Below are positions 9,047 to 19,555 of a DNA stretch of 64,000 nt, piece after piece. The stretch is from positions 68,036 through 132,035 of the forward strand of contig JAGVRI010000008.1 of the NCBI GenBank assembly GCA_018606645.1, written 5' to 3'. Position 1 is the stretch's first letter. The number at the start of each line of letters is the position of its first letter. The position numbers were made by a program, and so were the translations under genes. The stretch is from Chloroflexota bacterium (GTDB lineage Bacteria > Chloroflexota > Anaerolineae > JAAYZQ01). The notes beneath the pieces are model-generated. The model saw nothing but the letters and a program-made list of their open reading frames with translations. It made no database searches and was not told where the DNA came from.

Positions 9047-10354
9047 ATGACTCGGAGAATCGTCGCATTGGTAAGAGACAAAGGCAGTAGAGCTACGTTT
9101 GCTCGAAATGTCACCTTAACTTTTTTTGTTCATGTCTTCTCTCTCCTCTTAGGAATTGCCACTTCTGCGATTATTGCCCGCCAGTTAGGGCCCGAGGGCA
9201 AGGGTGTCATGAACCTGGCTCTATTGTTGCCCGGGATGCTGGGGCTTTTCTTGAGTAGTGGGATTGGAGTGGCGAACGTGTACTTTGTGAGCTCGAGGCG
9301 TCTAAATGTGCCTACCCTTACAGCGAACTCCACTTGCTACGCTATGCTCTCCTTACTTGCTGGCGTCGGTATAATGGCCATTTTGGTTCCCACAGGTTGG
9401 CTGCAAATGTTAGTGCCGGGGGTTCCCATCTGGATCGTCCTGCTGACGATGTTGGCGCTTCCGATCGAGTTGCTCCGTGGTTACTTCAACGCAATTCTAC
9501 AAGGACTCCAACGAATTATTGCTGTCAACATAGTCAGTCTGGCTCAAAGTGCACTGGCGCTGACGTTCACTTTTGTGCTTGTTCTTGGCTTCCAACTGGG
9601 TGTGCTTGGTGCTGTCTTGTCTTCCTTGATGGCTGGAAGTATGGGCCTCATGAGCGTAGCTGTTCTTTTGCGCCGGGAAGGAGGCGTTTTCAGACCACGC
9701 CTGGATTTTATTGTTATGCGCTCGATGCTGTCCTTTGGCCTGCGAGGGCATGTGGGTAACGTTCTGCAATTCTTCAACTACCGCCTAGACCTGTTTGTTG
9801 TAAACTATTTCCTGGGACCGACAGCCGTAGGAATCTATAGCGTGTCAGTACGGCTTGCCGAGCTGTTGTGGTATCTTCCGAATGCGGTAGGCTTTGTTCT
9901 CTTTCCGAAAGCTGCAGCTAGCAAGCCGGAAGCGCTAAATGTCTTCACACCGAGAATCTTACGCACAACACTGGTTTTGACGGCGCTGGGCGCTCTTGGA
10001 CTCGCGCTCCTCGGCCGACCTGTCATACAGTTCATATACTCTTTCGCTTTTATTGAGGCTTATGTTCCGATGCTCGTGCTCTTGCCCGGTGTGGTACTGT
10101 TGGGAGGTTCTAAGGTACTGACTAATGAGATCGCTGGACGGGGCTACCCGCATTACAATTCCATAACCTCTGGCCTGGGACTTATACTGACATTGCTGCT
10201 GGACCTGCTGTTCATTCCACAATATGGTATAGTTGGTGCCTCCTTGGCATCCAGTCTCGCGTACACAGTGATTTTCTTTGCTGCAGCTACTTGCTATCGC
10301 GCTGTTAGTCGAAGGTCGGAAAAAATTGCACCTATCGGGTCGGTCGAACGATAG
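9047..10354 (+). CDS. wzx: Wzx-type flippase
   Basis: About 12 TM segments; ARQLGPEGKG, RLDLFVVNYFLG, VGIYSVSVRLAE, LFIPQYGIVGASLAS. Confidence 0.85.
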   Translation: MTRRIVALVRDKGSRATFARNVTLTFFVHVFSLLLGIATSAIIARQLGPEGKGVMNLALLLPGMLGLFLSSGIGVANVYFVSSRRLNVPTLTANSTCYAMLSLLAGVGIMAILVPTGWLQMLVPGVPIWIVLLTMLALPIELLRGYFNAILQGLQRIIAVNIVSLAQSALALTFTFVLVLGFQLGVLGAVLSSLMAGSMGLMSVAVLLRREGGVFRPRLDFIVMRSMLSFGLRGHVGNVLQFFNYRLDLFVVNYFLGPTAVGIYSVSVRLAELLWYLPNAVGFVLFPKAAASKPEALNVFTPRILRTTLVLTALGALGLALLGRPVIQFIYSFAFIEAYVPMLVLLPGVVLLGGSKVLTNEIAGRGYPHYNSITSGLGLILTLLLDLLFIPQYGIVGASLASSLAYTVIFFAAATCYRAVSRRSEKIAPIGSVER

Positions 10355-10457
10355 ATACGGACCACAGCAATTCCACGTGGCTGCGGCAGGGCTGGTTGCC
10401 GGGCAACACCCGTAAGACAGCCTGTGGGGCTGGTGGATGACAGGACGCTGGGGGGAG

Positions 10458-11795
10458 ATGAAACCGAAGGTGCCGAACCAAGTGCTCTTTATAGTGCATG
10501 ATTTTCCTCCACTGGGTGGCGGCAATGTGATGCGTGCACTAAAATTTATCAAGTATCTACCCGAATTTGGTTGGCAGCCTATCGTTCTCACGGTTGACAG
10601 CAAGTACTACCGGCCAGATTTACTGGATTATGCGTTATTAGAAGACCTTTCCACAACGACCCCAGTCTACCGGACTCGTAGTCTTCGCAAGGGGTACGAG
10701 CAAACGACTTCCGTTCGCCGATGCGCGCCGAGCAACAACAAAGCTCGTGCTGGATGGTTGTATAAGGCCGAGGACTGGTTAGTGGGTGGGTTAAGGATGG
10801 ATAACTTTCCTGGCCTCCGCTGGTTGCCGTATGCCTGTGCACACGCTCGAGTCGTTTTGGATCAAGCGCAGCGTGTAGACTTGATATTCACTACCTCACC
10901 ACCGCACGATGTTCATATGATCGGGCTTGTGTTGAGTAAGACTTATCGCTTGCCTTGGGTGGCAGACTTTCGCGATGGATGGATGGGTACTCAGATGTTT
11001 GTGTCACCCCATCCTTTGCGAAGATGGTTTGATAGAACTTGCGAGAGGTGCGTCATTTACAATGCGACGAGAATCATTTGTGCAACTGATCCCATCGCTA
11101 ATAACTTCAGCCAGCGTTATCGGGAGGCAAGGAACAAGATTCATACCCTATATAACGGGTTTGACCCTGGTGACTTTGAGATGCACGGCCCAACGTCAAA
11201 TGACGAAAACACGTTCTGTCTTGCATACGTGGGGTCAATGGGCTTACCGCATCGGAGTCCCGAGTTCTTCCTTAAGGCTGTCCGTTCTCTGGCCAGTAAG
11301 AATAAGGCTTTTGCGCAAAAGTGCAGAATTAGGTTTGTTGGACCTGTATGGCATTTTGACCTTACTGGTATGATCCACAACTTTGGAGTCAGTTCATTGT
11401 GCTCGGCCGTTGGGGCTGTTTCCCATGAACGGGCTGTACATTTGATGCAACAGGCAGATGTTTTGTTGTTATTCCTTAACGATCACGGGTTTGGTAGTGA
11501 TAGCATACTGACCGGTAAGTTTGGCGAGTATGTTGCGGCTCGGAAGCCGATTCTGGCAATGGTTCCAGAGGGAATCGCCGCGGATTTTATACGACAATAC
11601 GAGCTTGGCATTGTTGTCAGCCCTAATGATGTGACTGGCATAGAGCAGGCACTGTGTGAGCTGTTCTATCGCTGGCAGAGAGAAGAGTTACGGAATCCGG
11701 ATGTCTCGCAGTTGCTAGAACTGTTCAATCGCAGGCGAACCACAGAGAAGTTGGCGAGGATTTTTGGCGAGGCCATATTGTCCAGTGGGGTCTAA
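10458..11795 (+). CDS. Glycosyltransferase family 4
   Basis: FPPLGGG, KYLPEFGWQP, TSPP, WVADFRD, NGFD, GKFGEY. Confidence 0.85.
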   Translation: MKPKVPNQVLFIVHDFPPLGGGNVMRALKFIKYLPEFGWQPIVLTVDSKYYRPDLLDYALLEDLSTTTPVYRTRSLRKGYEQTTSVRRCAPSNNKARAGWLYKAEDWLVGGLRMDNFPGLRWLPYACAHARVVLDQAQRVDLIFTTSPPHDVHMIGLVLSKTYRLPWVADFRDGWMGTQMFVSPHPLRRWFDRTCERCVIYNATRIICATDPIANNFSQRYREARNKIHTLYNGFDPGDFEMHGPTSNDENTFCLAYVGSMGLPHRSPEFFLKAVRSLASKNKAFAQKCRIRFVGPVWHFDLTGMIHNFGVSSLCSAVGAVSHERAVHLMQQADVLLLFLNDHGFGSDSILTGKFGEYVAARKPILAMVPEGIAADFIRQYELGIVVSPNDVTGIEQALCELFYRWQREELRNPDVSQLLELFNRRRTTEKLARIFGEAILSSGV

Positions 11796-11848
11796 GAGAA
11801 AACTGTTGAGCCCCGAAAGACGACAGTAACGATAATGGAGAGTTAACC

Positions 11849-12826
11849 TTGCGGACCTGCCCAACAGGGTATTCGACCGTAGGTGAGCAGAGCGGTAATC
11901 TGAAGGTGGGTGTTGTGTTGGTGAATTGGAACGGTGGCGAGTTGACAATACCCTGTATCAATTCGATCCTGGCTTCAAGTTATGCCCCGTGGCGAATATT
12001 AGTTATTGACAACGCTTCAACAGATGGATCGCCGGATCAGATCGCCAAGGTTTTCCCTGAGGTAATCCTTATCAGGAACAAAGAGAACCTTGGGTTCGCA
12101 GGGGGCAATAACATTGGTATTCGCGAGCTTATGCGAGCTGGTGCGGACTTGGTATGGATCCTGAATAATGACACCGTTATTGATGAAAAGTGCCTGGAGG
12201 CATTGGTACGGCAGATGGAAAAGGAACCAGACATTGCGGCCGCTACAGGAAAAATCCTGTATGAGACACCGCCAAATCGGATATGGTATGCTGGAGGATA
12301 CTGGCGGTACTGGTCTATGACCGCTCCTCACCGAGGACGGCTGGAAGTGGACAAAGGACAATACGACTGTGCGGCTGATGTGGATTTCATTTCCGGTTGC
12401 TGTATGTTGGTGAGGCATTGGGCCTTGGAAAGAAATGGCCTATTCAATGAACGGTATTTCGCCTACTTTGAAGATGTTGAGTGGTGTCTACGGGCGAGGA
12501 GTGCTGGCTTGCGTCTGCACTATGTTCCAAAGGCTGTCTTGTGGCATAAAGTCGCAGCTAGTGTACACAAAAATGCGATGGGTATAAGCGGTGGAAAGTC
12601 ACCACCGCTTGTGTATTACCTGACAACCCGTAATCATATCCTTTTGATTCGTCAGTATGCCGATTGGCCTTGGCAATGGATGTCAGCGCTGGTTTGTCTG
12701 CTGACTAGTCGTCTCTATTTGTCCTTGGGTCTAACTGTACTGGGGCGGTGGGACAAATTGCATAATCTGTGGCAAGGCGTATATGAAGGTTTGACAGATG
12801 GTCTGTGCTGTGACGTGGCTACGTAA
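11849..12826 (+). CDS. Glycosyltransferase family 2
   Basis: VLVNWNG, IDNASTDGS, NLGFAGGNN, ILNND, SGCCML, YFEDVEW; start uncertain. Confidence 0.88.
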   Translation: MRTCPTGYSTVGEQSGNLKVGVVLVNWNGGELTIPCINSILASSYAPWRILVIDNASTDGSPDQIAKVFPEVILIRNKENLGFAGGNNIGIRELMRAGADLVWILNNDTVIDEKCLEALVRQMEKEPDIAAATGKILYETPPNRIWYAGGYWRYWSMTAPHRGRLEVDKGQYDCAADVDFISGCCMLVRHWALERNGLFNERYFAYFEDVEWCLRARSAGLRLHYVPKAVLWHKVAASVHKNAMGISGGKSPPLVYYLTTRNHILLIRQYADWPWQWMSALVCLLTSRLYLSLGLTVLGRWDKLHNLWQGVYEGLTDGLCCDVAT

Positions 12827-14105
12827 AGGTTTTCTGTTCTTGGCAGTGGTAGCCGCGACAATGCCTCGGCTGGTGGGCTCAGCCTATCTCAACCTGGCAT
12901 CCGTTTATCTGTTCCGTGGATTGTCGCAGAGTCATGTCTCTTTTTCGTATACAGCCGAACGTGCAGTATACGTGACAGAGGAAATAGGAGCGCGGGAATT
13001 GCAGCGAGCTAGTACATGGGCTAAGGCGGGATCAAACGTTGACGGTGATCATCCCCGTCTTCTCTGTGTGGCATTACGTGCAGCGTTCGGCCGTATGGAC
13101 TGGGGCGAGGTCGTGGATTCTGACTCGTCTTGTGACGATCTCAGCCTTAGAGCTCGAGCAGCGCCTTGGGCGGCCGTGGAGGGTCTGCGGCAGCTGCAGC
13201 GAGGCCGGCTTTCAGAAGCGCGGTATAGCTTCCGTCGATCTCTTGTCCAAGGCACAGGATTACTGAGCTTGTCCTTGGATCCATGGTTAAGGCAGGTTCG
13301 CGAGTCAGACGTTGACAGCCAGCTTGCTGGGACAGTGCTTCAGGCTGATGCTCCTCGCTTTCTTGTCGGGCGTATGGTGAATTATGAATGGCGTCCGAGT
13401 CCAGAACCTGTCTCCAAAGATTGGATGCTGGTGGGATATGACCTTGACGAAAGAGCGTTAGAACTCGGAGAGATGGTTGGGATGTCTATCTTCTGGCAGC
13501 CAAGAAATCCGGGTGCCCAGCCAGAAGCGGGTTGGCTGCGGGTTGGTGATTTCTGGCGTGAGGATTTGCGCTTGGTGAATCTGATCCCGGACGCGGGCTT
13601 TGAGTGGGAGGCAGAGGGTCAACCGGGCTGGTATGGTCCGTCTGATGCAACTCGGATTATACGCGTCGAGCGTAACGGCTACATGACCTATGCGAAAGCG
13701 ATCATGGCGAATCCAACTGGTGGAGGTACGATCGTCTCGACTCCAATTATGCCATTAGGGCGCGATTGCGCTTACCTGATCGGGGGATGGGTACGTAGTG
13801 AAGGCGGAGGTCCAACCTTGAGCGTAGTTTGGGCTGGGCTCGAGGATAAACCCGACGATCGCGCATTTCTTAACCTAATGGAGGGGATCAGAGACCTGCC
13901 ATGGACTCACGTTTCTGTGTTGGTTACTTCTCCTAAATCCGGAGCACGTGGGGTCTCAGTTTATGCCAGTAACTGGGCCGGTATTCGGCCTGAGGCTATG
14001 CGCCTTCCGGCACTCGTGGTGGTTGACAATATATTTCTAATTCCACTTTCGGTTCCCGGTGCAGCCAATCCGTGTGCCTTCTACGGCCTTAACAATGAAC
14101 AGTGA
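12798..14105 (+). CDS. Hypothetical exported/membrane-anchored protein, possible C-terminal carbohydrate-binding beta-sandwich
   Basis: 435-aa ORF co-oriented in the operon; hydrophobic N-terminus; NLIPDAGFE resembles the start of CBM4/9-like domains. Confidence 0.55.
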   Translation: MVCAVTWLRKGFLFLAVVAATMPRLVGSAYLNLASVYLFRGLSQSHVSFSYTAERAVYVTEEIGARELQRASTWAKAGSNVDGDHPRLLCVALRAAFGRMDWGEVVDSDSSCDDLSLRARAAPWAAVEGLRQLQRGRLSEARYSFRRSLVQGTGLLSLSLDPWLRQVRESDVDSQLAGTVLQADAPRFLVGRMVNYEWRPSPEPVSKDWMLVGYDLDERALELGEMVGMSIFWQPRNPGAQPEAGWLRVGDFWREDLRLVNLIPDAGFEWEAEGQPGWYGPSDATRIIRVERNGYMTYAKAIMANPTGGGTIVSTPIMPLGRDCAYLIGGWVRSEGGGPTLSVVWAGLEDKPDDRAFLNLMEGIRDLPWTHVSVLVTSPKSGARGVSVYASNWAGIRPEAMRLPALVVVDNIFLIPLSVPGAANPCAFYGLNNEQ

Positions 14106-14147
14106 GCCGTGGTTGGTTAGGCAGGCCAGCAGAATAGTGATAACAGG

Positions 14148-15704
14148 ATGAGCATTTCGGCGCCACCCTCTCATGGGCTAATACCCCCGGTGATCAAAAC
14201 AGTGCCTTTCAGCGCCAGTGAAATGTTTCGCGCGACCAGGCCAGGTAGCTGGTATCGTTCAAATTGGCTTCGAACTGGACTGGGGCTGATGGTTCTCGTG
14301 ACTGTTCTGACTGCCCTTGCGACTGAAGCAACTTGGGAGTATTTGTTAGGCCAGCTGTCTCTAGCTCTAAGTGTATATGTATCATTATACATCCTATCCG
14401 ACCGCCCCTTGATTAGCCCGATCCAGGCAGTCGTATTCGTTTTCTACTGGTGGTTTGGCGTCGCTCCGGTGGTTTCTGCTGTCCATGCTTACCTGGCAGG
14501 GGCTCCAATCCGCGCTATCTATTACCAGGAGACGGGCAAGGAGGCGCTATGGATTGTGGCTTTCGGATTACCCCTCTATGCTATAGCGGCTAGACGGACT
14601 CTAGATTGGCTGGAAGAGAGAACTCGCCATGCCCGTTTTCTGATGCCAGATGGGTATTTCTACAAGCCTCGCACTTTGCTCGTCTATTGGTGTGTGGGAT
14701 GGCTGGCTTCGGTGGCAGTCCGAGGATTGGAGTTGCTTGGCATTCAGGGTATCACTGAAGTCAACTACCTTGGTGGAACGAGAACAGATATCTGGGTGGT
14801 AGGTGTCTTGCTCCAGATGGGGAGGATTTCTGACTTTGCCACTGTAAGCGTAATGGGCTACCTAAGTGCGCCGGCGCGATCCGTCCCGTGGTGGCTTAAG
14901 GCCATCGGCGTAGCCCTCATCGTGCAGGCGATGGCAGGTGCACTTACCAGTGGCATGAAGTTTGCCTTCGTCAGTCTATTTCTAGTCATCATATGCGCTC
15001 GTCTATCTACTACTCAGCGCCTTCCGTGGCGTTTCGTGCTATTGGTTCTATTTTTATACCTTGCCATAGTCGAGCCGTTTGTCATGTCTGCACGTCAACT
15101 GGCCACAGTGGTTCATGCATCCACCTCCTCAGAGCGAGAAGCCATCTTCCTTGATTATTTTCTTGAGGAGGGTATTAAGATACGGAGTGATTGGCGTGAC
15201 TGGAAGGTGAACTCCTTGTTTCGTGGCATCTATCCCCTCGCAGGTGAAGTGGTGCGTACAACGTCTTTGCTAGAGGGTGTATGGGACGGATCAACGATCT
15301 TATGGGGGCTTGAGGTCATCGTGCCCAGAATTTTGTCCCCGGAAAAGCCCGAGTCATCGATCGGTAATTTTTTCTCCAGGACGGTCGGGGTTTCGGCTGG
15401 TATCACCTCGCCTCAAGATTACATCAACAGCGTTGCCATAAGTATTCCGTTTGAACTTGTCGGGAATTTTGGATGGTGGGCCGGGGTCTTGTTCTTCCCG
15501 CTGTTTGGCTTGCTGTGGACATTCATTTGTGGTTGGCTACTTTCGGCGTCGAGGATCTCGGATCATCCTCTATCACCCATGTTTGTTATTATGACAATGG
15601 GGGTTGAACAACCTCTGGGTAGCTTTCTGGCTAGTGTTCGGAATCTCGTCATGCCTTTGGCCGTAGCCATGTTTCTTTGGATCTTGCTTCGCAAGAGACT
15701 GTAA
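14148..15704 (+). CDS. Polytopic membrane protein, probable Wzy-type polymerase
   Basis: About 11-12 TM segments with a large late loop; position in a Wzx-containing cluster. Confidence 0.6.
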   Translation: MSISAPPSHGLIPPVIKTVPFSASEMFRATRPGSWYRSNWLRTGLGLMVLVTVLTALATEATWEYLLGQLSLALSVYVSLYILSDRPLISPIQAVVFVFYWWFGVAPVVSAVHAYLAGAPIRAIYYQETGKEALWIVAFGLPLYAIAARRTLDWLEERTRHARFLMPDGYFYKPRTLLVYWCVGWLASVAVRGLELLGIQGITEVNYLGGTRTDIWVVGVLLQMGRISDFATVSVMGYLSAPARSVPWWLKAIGVALIVQAMAGALTSGMKFAFVSLFLVIICARLSTTQRLPWRFVLLVLFLYLAIVEPFVMSARQLATVVHASTSSEREAIFLDYFLEEGIKIRSDWRDWKVNSLFRGIYPLAGEVVRTTSLLEGVWDGSTILWGLEVIVPRILSPEKPESSIGNFFSRTVGVSAGITSPQDYINSVAISIPFELVGNFGWWAGVLFFPLFGLLWTFICGWLLSASRISDHPLSPMFVIMTMGVEQPLGSFLASVRNLVMPLAVAMFLWILLRKRL

Positions 15705-15754
15705 ATGGTATTAGGATTCAGGGCTTTAATAGGCCATAAGGCGATACAAATGGT

Positions 15755-16981
15755 GTGAGCGATTCTATGCAGCGCACTAGGTTGCGGATCGTCATCCCCA
15801 CGCTCCACTATTTCCCTGATTTCCCTAGCGGTTCAGCCCGCCTCGCGTTTGATGAAGCGCTGCTACTAGCTAACCTCGGTCATGAAGTGTATGTTCTCAC
15901 ACAGGACATTAGAGGGGTTATGCCGGAATATTGTTTGCAGGATGGCCTTCATGTTCTGCGTTATCCAAGCCCACGGGCTGGCGTGTTTGACCCTAGACGC
16001 ATAACAATGCATCAGGAGCGAGCGAAGGACTTGTTGTCGCGCTACGTTGGCAATCAGGTGGATCTGGTCCACGGGCACTCTTTACTCCAGTTCGACGGTA
16101 CCTTGTCGCTGTATTATGGAAAGTGCAGGCAGGGCTATTCTGTACATTCACCGGTGCTCTTGGAGATGCGGGCTGCCAGTCGGGGAGTGCCGGTGCTAAA
16201 GCGTTGGTGGTTGAGAATGGTCGGGCGCTTGGCACATCGGATTGAGCGCCGGTGTCTAGCGAGTTCTGATTTCATTACGGTCGAATCTAACTATACAAGT
16301 TCTCTGCTGGGGGAGCTTCACGGTGACAGAATACTCAAGAAGACGCGGGTGATTCCAGGGTGGGTCGATGTGGAGAGATTCAGAATTATTCCCGATCGTG
16401 AAGAAGTGAAGTCCGCGTTGGGATGGCCGACAGATGTTCCTGTTTTCTTCACCCTGCGGCGCTTGGAGCCCCGCATGGGATTAGACCGTTTACTGAAGGC
16501 GCTGCATCAGGTCAAGCTAGCAGGGTGGCGGTTTCACATGATGATTGGGGGTGACGGCTCGTTGCGCACCCGGTTGGAGAGACTGACGTTCGAGCTGCAA
16601 CTCGATAAGCAGGTGTGCTTCGCTGGCTTTGTGCCTGAAGAGAAGCTGCCTCTGATGTATGGCGCGGCCGATGCATTCATTTTGCCCACGGCAGAGCTAG
16701 AGTGTTTTGGTCTGATTGCTTTGGAATCCCTGGCTTGCGGACGGCCAGTATTGGCGACGCCTGTCGCCGTGATACCTGAGCTTCTGGGTCACTTTGAACC
16801 GCGATGGATGGCTCAGAACGCCAGTGAAGATGGTATAGCGCAGTTGCTAATAGAGTTCCTGAGTGGGAAGCTGCCATCATATGAGCCGGAGTCGTTGAGA
16901 CGCACAGTGGTCAAGCACTACTCGAAAGAACGTGTGCTTGAAGAATTGGTAGCAGTAGCTTTGTCTGCAGGCAGACTGTAA
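15755..16981 (+). CDS. Glycosyltransferase family 4
   Basis: RRLEPRMG, GGDGSL, ECFGLIALESLACGRPV. Confidence 0.88.
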   Translation: MSDSMQRTRLRIVIPTLHYFPDFPSGSARLAFDEALLLANLGHEVYVLTQDIRGVMPEYCLQDGLHVLRYPSPRAGVFDPRRITMHQERAKDLLSRYVGNQVDLVHGHSLLQFDGTLSLYYGKCRQGYSVHSPVLLEMRAASRGVPVLKRWWLRMVGRLAHRIERRCLASSDFITVESNYTSSLLGELHGDRILKKTRVIPGWVDVERFRIIPDREEVKSALGWPTDVPVFFTLRRLEPRMGLDRLLKALHQVKLAGWRFHMMIGGDGSLRTRLERLTFELQLDKQVCFAGFVPEEKLPLMYGAADAFILPTAELECFGLIALESLACGRPVLATPVAVIPELLGHFEPRWMAQNASEDGIAQLLIEFLSGKLPSYEPESLRRTVVKHYSKERVLEELVAVALSAGRL

Positions 16982-18271
16982 GTGATTTCTATCCGAAAGA
17001 CTTTACACTTTGACAGATTAGCTGCATCGGGCAGCGACTATGCGCCTGTGGATATGCCTTGTGGTTGTGATTCGAAGCAACTGAACATTCTGCACTTGGT
17101 CGCTTCGGTCGGGCAGCGTTCAGGAGGAGTCGGTCAGTCGTGCCTTGATCTTGTCCGGCACCAACGCGTCCTAGGACTTAATACGACAATCTGGAGCCTC
17201 ACTTCATCAACCGAGGCAGCTCAGACCGCTGGAGACTATGGGCTAGATGGAGCGAGTGTTGTCACTTATCCGGTTCTGGGGCCGCATTCCATTGGTTATA
17301 GCTCAGCTATGGAGAAAGCGATTGCCTCGGGCAGGGGAGCCATGTATGATGTTCTTCATCAACACAGCATCTGGATGGCTAACTCGCGTGCTGCCAATGA
17401 GTGGCGCGCCGCTTTCGGACGCCCAACGGTGGTAGCCCCTCATGGTACACTCGAGCATTATGCACTAAAGCGCTCGGCTTGGAAGAAATGGCTTGCAGCA
17501 GTTGCCTACGAGAACAAGAATCTCAGGTCGGCGTCTTGTTTGCATGCTACTTCGAACAGCGAGGCGGTCAGCTTTCGCAGATTTGGCCTTGTCAATCCAA
17601 TAGCGATCATTCCAAATGGTGTTTCCGAAACGTGGCTCCGCAGTACGGGTGACGCGGAGTGCTTCCGCCGTCGCTTCGGCATCCCGCCAGATCGACCATT
17701 CTTTCTGTTCCTTTCCAGAATACACCCGACAAAAGGTTTACCTTTGTTGCTGAAGGCTCTGTCAGGTCTTGGGCAACGAGGCAAGGACTGGTCTCTCGTG
17801 ATCGCAGGGCCGGATGAATGCCGGCACACAGAAGAACTTCAGGCTTTGATTCAGAGCCTAGGCATCGACAAACAGGTCATATTTGTCGGTCCACTTTATG
17901 GGCAAGACAAACGTGATGCTTTTGCAGCTGCCGATGTCTTTATCTTGCCCACCTATAGCGAGAACTTTGGCCTTGTCGTCGCTGAGGCTCTTGGTGCAGG
18001 TGTTCCGGTGTTGACGACACGAGGCGCACCATGGGAAGAGCTAGAAACTCATCAGTGCGGCTGGTGGGTAGATGTGGGTGAGATGGCCATTCGGGATGCC
18101 TTGTTGGACGCCATCCAGCGCTCGAAGGATGAGTTGGTGGCAATGGGACAGCGTGGCAAGGTGTTGGTTGCCGAGCGATACACCTGGCTGCAAGCAGCGC
18201 AAAGATCGCTAGAACTATATCATTGGCTATTGGGTCGAGGTAGGAAGCCAGACTTTGTGATAACCGATTGA
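16982..18271 (+). CDS. Glycosyltransferase family 4
   Basis: PHGTL, IPNG, FLSRIHPTKG, SENFGLVVAEALGAGVPV; true start may be downstream. Confidence 0.88.
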   Translation: MISIRKTLHFDRLAASGSDYAPVDMPCGCDSKQLNILHLVASVGQRSGGVGQSCLDLVRHQRVLGLNTTIWSLTSSTEAAQTAGDYGLDGASVVTYPVLGPHSIGYSSAMEKAIASGRGAMYDVLHQHSIWMANSRAANEWRAAFGRPTVVAPHGTLEHYALKRSAWKKWLAAVAYENKNLRSASCLHATSNSEAVSFRRFGLVNPIAIIPNGVSETWLRSTGDAECFRRRFGIPPDRPFFLFLSRIHPTKGLPLLLKALSGLGQRGKDWSLVIAGPDECRHTEELQALIQSLGIDKQVIFVGPLYGQDKRDAFAAADVFILPTYSENFGLVVAEALGAGVPVLTTRGAPWEELETHQCGWWVDVGEMAIRDALLDAIQRSKDELVAMGQRGKVLVAERYTWLQAAQRSLELYHWLLGRGRKPDFVITD

Positions 18272-18493
18272 TGCACATTGTAGCAGTGTGTTGATTCGTG
18301 GATTCTTCGGATGCTTTTTTGAATTTGACATCTTTTGTGGTCTTCTGCTTGCGGCTATCAACGTTTTCCCCAAAATGAGTAGCGAAAAACTCTCTTGGTT
18401 GTTGTCACTGCTGGCAGAGAATTCAGGTGCCACCCAGATCGGGCGGGAATAACAGCCCTACAGGTTGGATTAGCGGCAAGGAGCTGGTACTTG

Positions 18494-19543
18494 ATGTTCA
18501 CAGGCAAGACTCTCCTCATCACCGGGGGCACCGGCACTTTTGGCAATGCCGTCCTCGACCGGTTTCTCAATACGGACATTGGGGAGATCCGCATCTTTTC
18601 CCGCGACGAGAAGAAGCAGCATGACATGCGGCTGGCCTACAACAATCGCAAGCTCAAATTCTACATTGGTGATGTGCGCCGGCCCGAAAGTTTGCTCGAT
18701 GCGATGGCCGGCGTGGATTTTGTCTTCCACGCCGCTGCGCTCAAGCAAGTGCCCTCTTGCGAGTTCTATCCCATGGAGGCGTTGTTGACCAATGCCGTGG
18801 GCGCGGAAAACGTGATGAACGCTGCATTAGCCAGCGGCGTCAAACGCGTGGTGCTCCTGAGCACGGACAAGGCCGCCTATCCGATCAACGCCATGGGCAT
18901 CTCCAAGGCGATGATGGAAAAACTGGCCATCGCCAAGTCCCGCGTGGCGGCCGATCGCGGGTGCGTTATCAGCATCACCCGCTACGGCAATGTCATGGCC
19001 TCGCGCGGCTCGGTAATTCCTCTCTTTGCCGAACAGATCCGGGCTGGTCAGCCGCTCACCGTCACCGATCCCACCATGACTCGTTTTATGATGAGCATTG
19101 ACGATGCACTGGACCTGGTGCTTCATGCTTTCACACAAGGGCAACCTGGCGATCTGTTTGTCCGCAAGGCACCTGCCGCGACCATCGAGACTTTGGCGTT
19201 GGCAATGAAACAGGTTTTTCAGGCTGATAACCCGATCCGGATCATCGGCACACGCCATGGCGAAAAAAAGTATGAAACCTTGCTGACCCGCGAGGAATTA
19301 CTCCATGCCCAGGACCTCGGCGACTATTATCGCGTGCAGGCCGACAATCGGGACCTCAACTATGCTCTCTACTTTAGCGAAGGCAAAGCCTCGTTGCCGG
19401 AGGAAGATTATAACTCGCATAACGCCCGGCGGCTGAGCCTGGCGGAGATGGTCGAGATGCTGCTGGGGCTTAAGTTCATTCAGGACCAACTGGCGGAGAT
19501 GAGAGAGCAGAGAACTGGCGTCAGGCTGGCTGCCGGCCTGTGA
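18494..19543 (+). CDS. fnlA: UDP-GlcNAc 4,6-dehydratase/5-epimerase (FnlA/WbjB/CapE)
   Basis: TGGTGTFG, FSRDEKKQ, ALKQVPSCEFYP, STDKAAYPINAMG, RYGNVMASRGSV; AAGGAG RBS. Confidence 0.92.
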   Translation: MFTGKTLLITGGTGTFGNAVLDRFLNTDIGEIRIFSRDEKKQHDMRLAYNNRKLKFYIGDVRRPESLLDAMAGVDFVFHAAALKQVPSCEFYPMEALLTNAVGAENVMNAALASGVKRVVLLSTDKAAYPINAMGISKAMMEKLAIAKSRVAADRGCVISITRYGNVMASRGSVIPLFAEQIRAGQPLTVTDPTMTRFMMSIDDALDLVLHAFTQGQPGDLFVRKAPAATIETLALAMKQVFQADNPIRIIGTRHGEKKYETLLTREELLHAQDLGDYYRVQADNRDLNYALYFSEGKASLPEEDYNSHNARRLSLAEMVEMLLGLKFIQDQLAEMREQRTGVRLAAGL

Positions 19544-19555
19544 CTGGACGCTCCC

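Noticed and set aside
18272..18490. Possible ncRNA or gene remnant in the gap before fnlA
   Set aside because: No convincing stem structure or protein motif was found.
19495..19543. Possible heptamer periodicity in the fnlA C-terminal extension, and single CAGAGGT units elsewhere (e.g. 28074-28080)
   Set aside because: Too degenerate or single-copy to distinguish from chance by eye.
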